38,367 nucleotides of DNA from Octopus bimaculoides (Eukaryota). The stretch covers positions 29,478,579-29,516,945 of the forward strand of contig NC_068990.1 in NCBI RefSeq assembly GCF_001194135.2, in the 5' to 3' direction. Positions within the stretch are counted from its first letter, which is position 1. Every line of letters begins with the position of its first letter. The notes under the pieces are model-generated. The model did no database searches. It had not been told where the DNA came from and saw only the letters and a list, made by a program, of their open reading frames with translations. This document shows, in pieces, positions 34,540 to 38,367 of this stretch. Position numbers and translations under genes: made by a program.

Positions 34540-34589
34540 GTGAGTTCTTCATACTTTCAAAATCTTAACCTCCACAGTTGTTATGTTTT

Positions 34590-34710
34590 CAGTCAGTGCA
34601 AAGATCATGTAGTCTTGGGTTCAGTTCCACTGTGCAGCACCATGGGCAAGCCAACCAAATTTTTGTGAGTGGATTTGGTAGATGGAAACTGTAAGAAACC
34701 TTTGTGTGTG
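34590..34710 (+). mobile_element. SINE family A fragment about 50 bp into the claudin-like intron
   Basis: GGGTTCAGTTCCACTG..TGGGCAAG..GTGAGTGGATTTGGTAGATGGAAACTG. Confidence 0.7.
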
Positions 34711-34935
34711 TGTTTGTTTGTTTCCTTGTTTTGACATTGTATGAGAGTTGTAAATAATTGTCACTGTCATATGAGCAGTTGTCATTCATTCCCAATCTTC
34801 TGTAAAAGCATGTCTGGCCATTGGGGAAATATTATTTGGAGACAGGTGAAGATTAGCAACAGGAAGAGCATCCAACCGTAAAATGGTGGTGGTGGTGGTG
34901 GCAGTGGCGGCGGTTATAGTAACAGCTATAGTAAC

Positions 34936-35025
34936 AGACATTTGCCCAAGGTGCCGTGCAGTAGGACTGAATGTGGAACCATGGGGTTGGGAAGTAGGCT
35001 TCTTGCCATACAGCCACTCCTACAC
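34936..35025 (-). mobile_element. SINE family A head, inverted
   Basis: The reverse complement reads AGGAGTGGCTGTATGGCAAGAAGCC..TTCAGTCCTACTGC..TTGGGCAAATGTC. Confidence 0.72.
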
Positions 35026-35551
35026 CTGGAGTTTTTTTCTTTTGCTATGCTGTGTGATTTCCAGGGTGGATTCCAGGGTAGATTACAAGGTGTGACATTT
35101 GTAGCAAGTGTTAACATTTTAGTTGCCTATTCTCCATAGCTGAGCAGTATAAAAGTGTTTCTTCAATAAAATGCATTGAAAGCTCATATTAATGTTGCAG
35201 ACATGGTTGTTTCAGAAATCCTTGATATGGCAATGGTAATGTGTTCACAGTGATGAGCAGATCAATAAGATATTTATCACTGTAGCAAATAATCACCATC
35301 AATGAAATTCACCATTTAATCATAGAAGAGAATCAGTTTTTTCTCTGCTTTTATAACCTCTAAATTGATATTTGTAATTATAGAACACTCAGCATCAACG
35401 GTTGAATAATTTCTGAAGGTCATACCTTGTCTGGATCCTTAATTAAATAATAATAATAATATTGATTCTTTTGACAGTTATTTTTTTTATGTGTGTATAT
35501 ATATATATATAAACTGTCCTTTGAAAGAGGACAGTTTATATATACATATAC

Positions 35552-35725
35552 TATGCCAGTGCCATATAAAAAGCACCCAGTACACTTTGTAAAGTGGTTG
35601 GCATTAGGAAGAGCTTCCAACTGTAGAAACCTTGCCAAAGCAGACATTGAAACCTGGTGCAGCTCTCCAGCATTGCCAACCCCTGTCAAACCATCCTACT
35701 CATGCCAACATAAAAAACAGACCTG
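35552..35725 (+). mobile_element. Family B in the claudin-like intron
   Basis: GGTTGGCATTAGGAAGAGCTTCCAACTGTAGAAACC..CATGCCAAC. Confidence 0.75.
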
Positions 35726-35902
35726 AAATGAAGTTGAGGATGATTCATATGTATATTTTATTTAAAACAGTTTGATTTGGTTAGAGGCCTGTGAAACCTG
35801 AACTAGCATGGAACCGAATCAAACTCGGTTTTAAATAATATATGTATGTATCTCTTACTAAATGTGTTGAGTGCCCTTTTCTTTCTTTTGTTCACTCACT
35901 CA

Positions 35903-36114
35903 TATCATCATCATCATCATCATCGTTTAACATCCGCTTTCCATGCTGGCATGAGTTGGAAAGTTTGACTGAGAACTGGCAGGCCTGGAGGCTGCACCAA
36001 GTTCCAATCTGATTTGATAAGGTTTCTACAGCTGGATGCCCTTCCTAATGTCAACCACTCTGAGAGTGTACTGGTTGCTTTTTACATGCCACCAGCATGG
36101 CTGCCAGTCAGGCA

Positions 36115-36115
<1 letters not shown>
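35903..36115 (-). mobile_element. Family B, inverted relative to 35552-35725
   Basis: (CAT)n-CGTTTAACATCCGCTTTCCATGCTGGCATG..CTACAGCTGGATGCCCTTCCTAATG. Confidence 0.82.
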
Positions 36116-36154
<39 letters not shown>

Positions 36155-36544
36155 TTATCTATATATGTTTATGTGTGTGTGTGTTAGAGATTACAGACAG
36201 CTGGTAGGAATTGAGTCAAATATTACTGAATTACTGGAACTCGCCTTAGCAATGTCAATAGGAATAAAAGTCTGAGTTCAGCAGAATGTGGAATCATCAT
36301 CATCATAATGTCCACTTCTCTATGCTTCCATGAGTCAGACAGAATTTGTTGAGGAAGATCTTTTGTGGGCCAGATGCCCTTCATGTTGTTGCCAGCCCTC
36401 ACATATTTCCAAGCAAGGTGAAACCTCTTTTTGGCCAGACATATTTTCCATGAAAGACTGGAAAAGAACAAGACTGCTTGTATGACACTGATGCTCATTT
36501 GTGACCATCACATGATGTCAAGACAAGGGTAGACCCAAACACAC

Positions 36545-36710
36545 ACGCAGCAGGCTTCTTTCAGTTTCTATCTATCAAAATTCATTCACAAGGCATCGGT
36601 CAGCTTGGGCTTATAGTAGAAGACACCTACCCAAGATGCTTCAGAGTGGGATTGAACCCTGGACCATGTGGTTGGGAAACAGACTTGTTAACCGCCACAG
36701 CCATGCCTGC
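36545..36710 (-). mobile_element. SINE family A, 5' half
   Basis: Reverse complement of the head and core. Confidence 0.7.
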
Positions 36711-37565
36711 ATCCCTGCCACTTCTGTACCTGTTGAACTCATAACTCTTAAAAATGAAAGGAAATACCAGTTTCACATATTGACAAAACATTACAGATTT
36801 TTATTAAGGGTGGAGTGTGGGGTATTGTCAGGGGTATCAACCATCTCCCACCCGCGCCATTCCCAACGCATAACTGGTTCTTTATTAGCAGTCCAGGATT
36901 GTGAGTGATGTGCTGAGTGAAGCCTTCAACCATTCTCAATGTGAGTGTAAGTGAGATGAAGAATGCAACATTCAATTGTTCCACAGGTGTTTGAAGTGTG
37001 AAAAAGGTGAAGAAATTTCAGGGGGGGAAAAAAAAAGTGTAAGAACTGGAATTGGTGAGAAGCTTTTAAGAAGTGTGAAATTGCAAATTCCCTTGATAGC
37101 AAGTGCATTATTTAAAAACAGCAAAACCATCACTGCTAACGATAAGATTTGTGGTGTTCATAACGATGATGATGATGATGAGAAATTTTCAGCTTTGAAG
37201 ATGATTAAAGTTTACATTTCCTCACAACTGATGCTATTTTTTCCTCAAACTTATTGTTTTTTGCTTAGAATCAACTTCATTGAAAGCCTCTTCTCTTAAA
37301 ATGGATTCTTCTATTGTTAAACTACTTTCCCTTCCTTTTGTGATATTTTATCACCAGATTCATTGNNNNNNNNNNNNNNNNNNNNNNNNNNNNNNNNNNN
37401 NNNNNNNNNNNNNNNNNNNNNNNNNNNNNNNNNNNNNNNNNNNNNNNNNNNNNNNNNNNNNNNNNNNNNNNNNNNNNNNNNNNNNNNNNNNNNNNNNNNN
37501 NNNNNNNNNNNNNNNNNNNNNNNNNNNNNNNNNNNNNNNNNNNNNNNNNNNNNNNNNNNNNNNNN

Positions 37566-37835
37566 TTCTATTGGTCTCTTTTGTCGAACTGCTAAGTTAC
37601 AGAGACATAAAATATCAAGATTACTTGTCAAGTGGTGGTGGGCGACAAACACACAGAAAGACACAAAGACGTACACACACACACACACACACACACACAT
37701 GCATATTCATATATGACAGGCTTCTTTCAATTTCCATCTACCAAATCCATTCACAAGGCTTTGATCAGCCCAAGGCTATAGTAGAAGACACTTGCCCAAG
37801 GTGCCACGCAGTGAGACTGAACCTGGAACCATGTA
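37566..37835 (-). mobile_element. SINE family A, abutting the gap
   Basis: Reverse complement of most of family A, including the internal (CA)n. Confidence 0.75.
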
Positions 37836-38114
37836 GTAAGAAGTTAATTTTTTTTTGTATACTGTACCTACATATTTTATCATCATCATCAGTTTTAATG
37901 TCCTCTTTTCCATACTTGTTCAAGTCAATAAAATTTGATGTGGCAGATTTTCTATGTCCAGATGTCCTTCCTGTGACCAACTCTTACCTGTTGCCAAACA
38001 AGGAAATATTTTCCCATGACACCTGGCATCCTCTTCACAGAAAACTGAGAATGAAGAGCATTGCTTGTATGATGTTGATGTTCCTTTACAACCATCAGGC
38101 AATAGAAGACAAGG

Positions 38115-38151
<37 letters not shown>

Positions 38152-38367
38152 ATTCTTAAACTAGAATATTATTGATAGTGACTTCAAAGTTTCAACTGCT
38201 TAAGCCATCGTTTGTACTCTACTCAATTAATATAAAACTGTTTTTATTATAACTGAGCATAAAAACAAACATTAACACACACACACACACACACACACAC
38301 ATTTTTATTTTTTAATACAGTACAGTAAAAAAAAAAAGTAATCTAAATTTACAAATACAATTTGCTA

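Noticed and set aside
35063-35090. Candidate claudin exon 2 (TTTCCAG|GGTGGATT, giving P-G-W)
   Set aside because: There is an in-frame TAG after five codons.
36790-36905. Candidate claudin exon 2 after CATTACAG|
   Set aside because: The acceptor is poor, there is no hydrophobic TM2, and the frame ends in a stop.

Overview
This is eukaryotic, AT-rich, repeat-dense genomic DNA with five N-gaps. The SINE families and microsatellite content point to a coleoid cephalopod, probably Octopus (inference from repeat recognition, not from a search). There is no prokaryotic operon or CRISPR array, and almost all ORFs in the supplied track are microsatellite or SINE artefacts. Well-supported features: an intact tRNA-Asn(GTT) gene (1123-1196, minus) with a Pol III terminator; the first coding exon of a claudin/PMP22-EMP-MP20-superfamily membrane protein (34311-34539, plus); a decayed L1/Tx1-clade RT fragment (about 18874-19955, minus); two CRE-clade retrotransposon endonuclease fragments, not called as such in the ORF track (1824-2330 and about 25450-25880); a TTAA-flanked piggyBac-type MITE; and dozens of copies of five SINE or SINE-like families (my labels A-E). 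The most unusual signal is three minimal, Penelope-type hammerhead ribozyme motifs (5550-5585, 12877-12916, 31316-31361). One sits inside a 274-bp unit with a tRNA-like Pol III head and a perfect 15-bp target-site duplication, so it looks like a hammerhead-carrying SINE. Repeat boundaries are read by eye and are approximate (about +/-10-20 bp).
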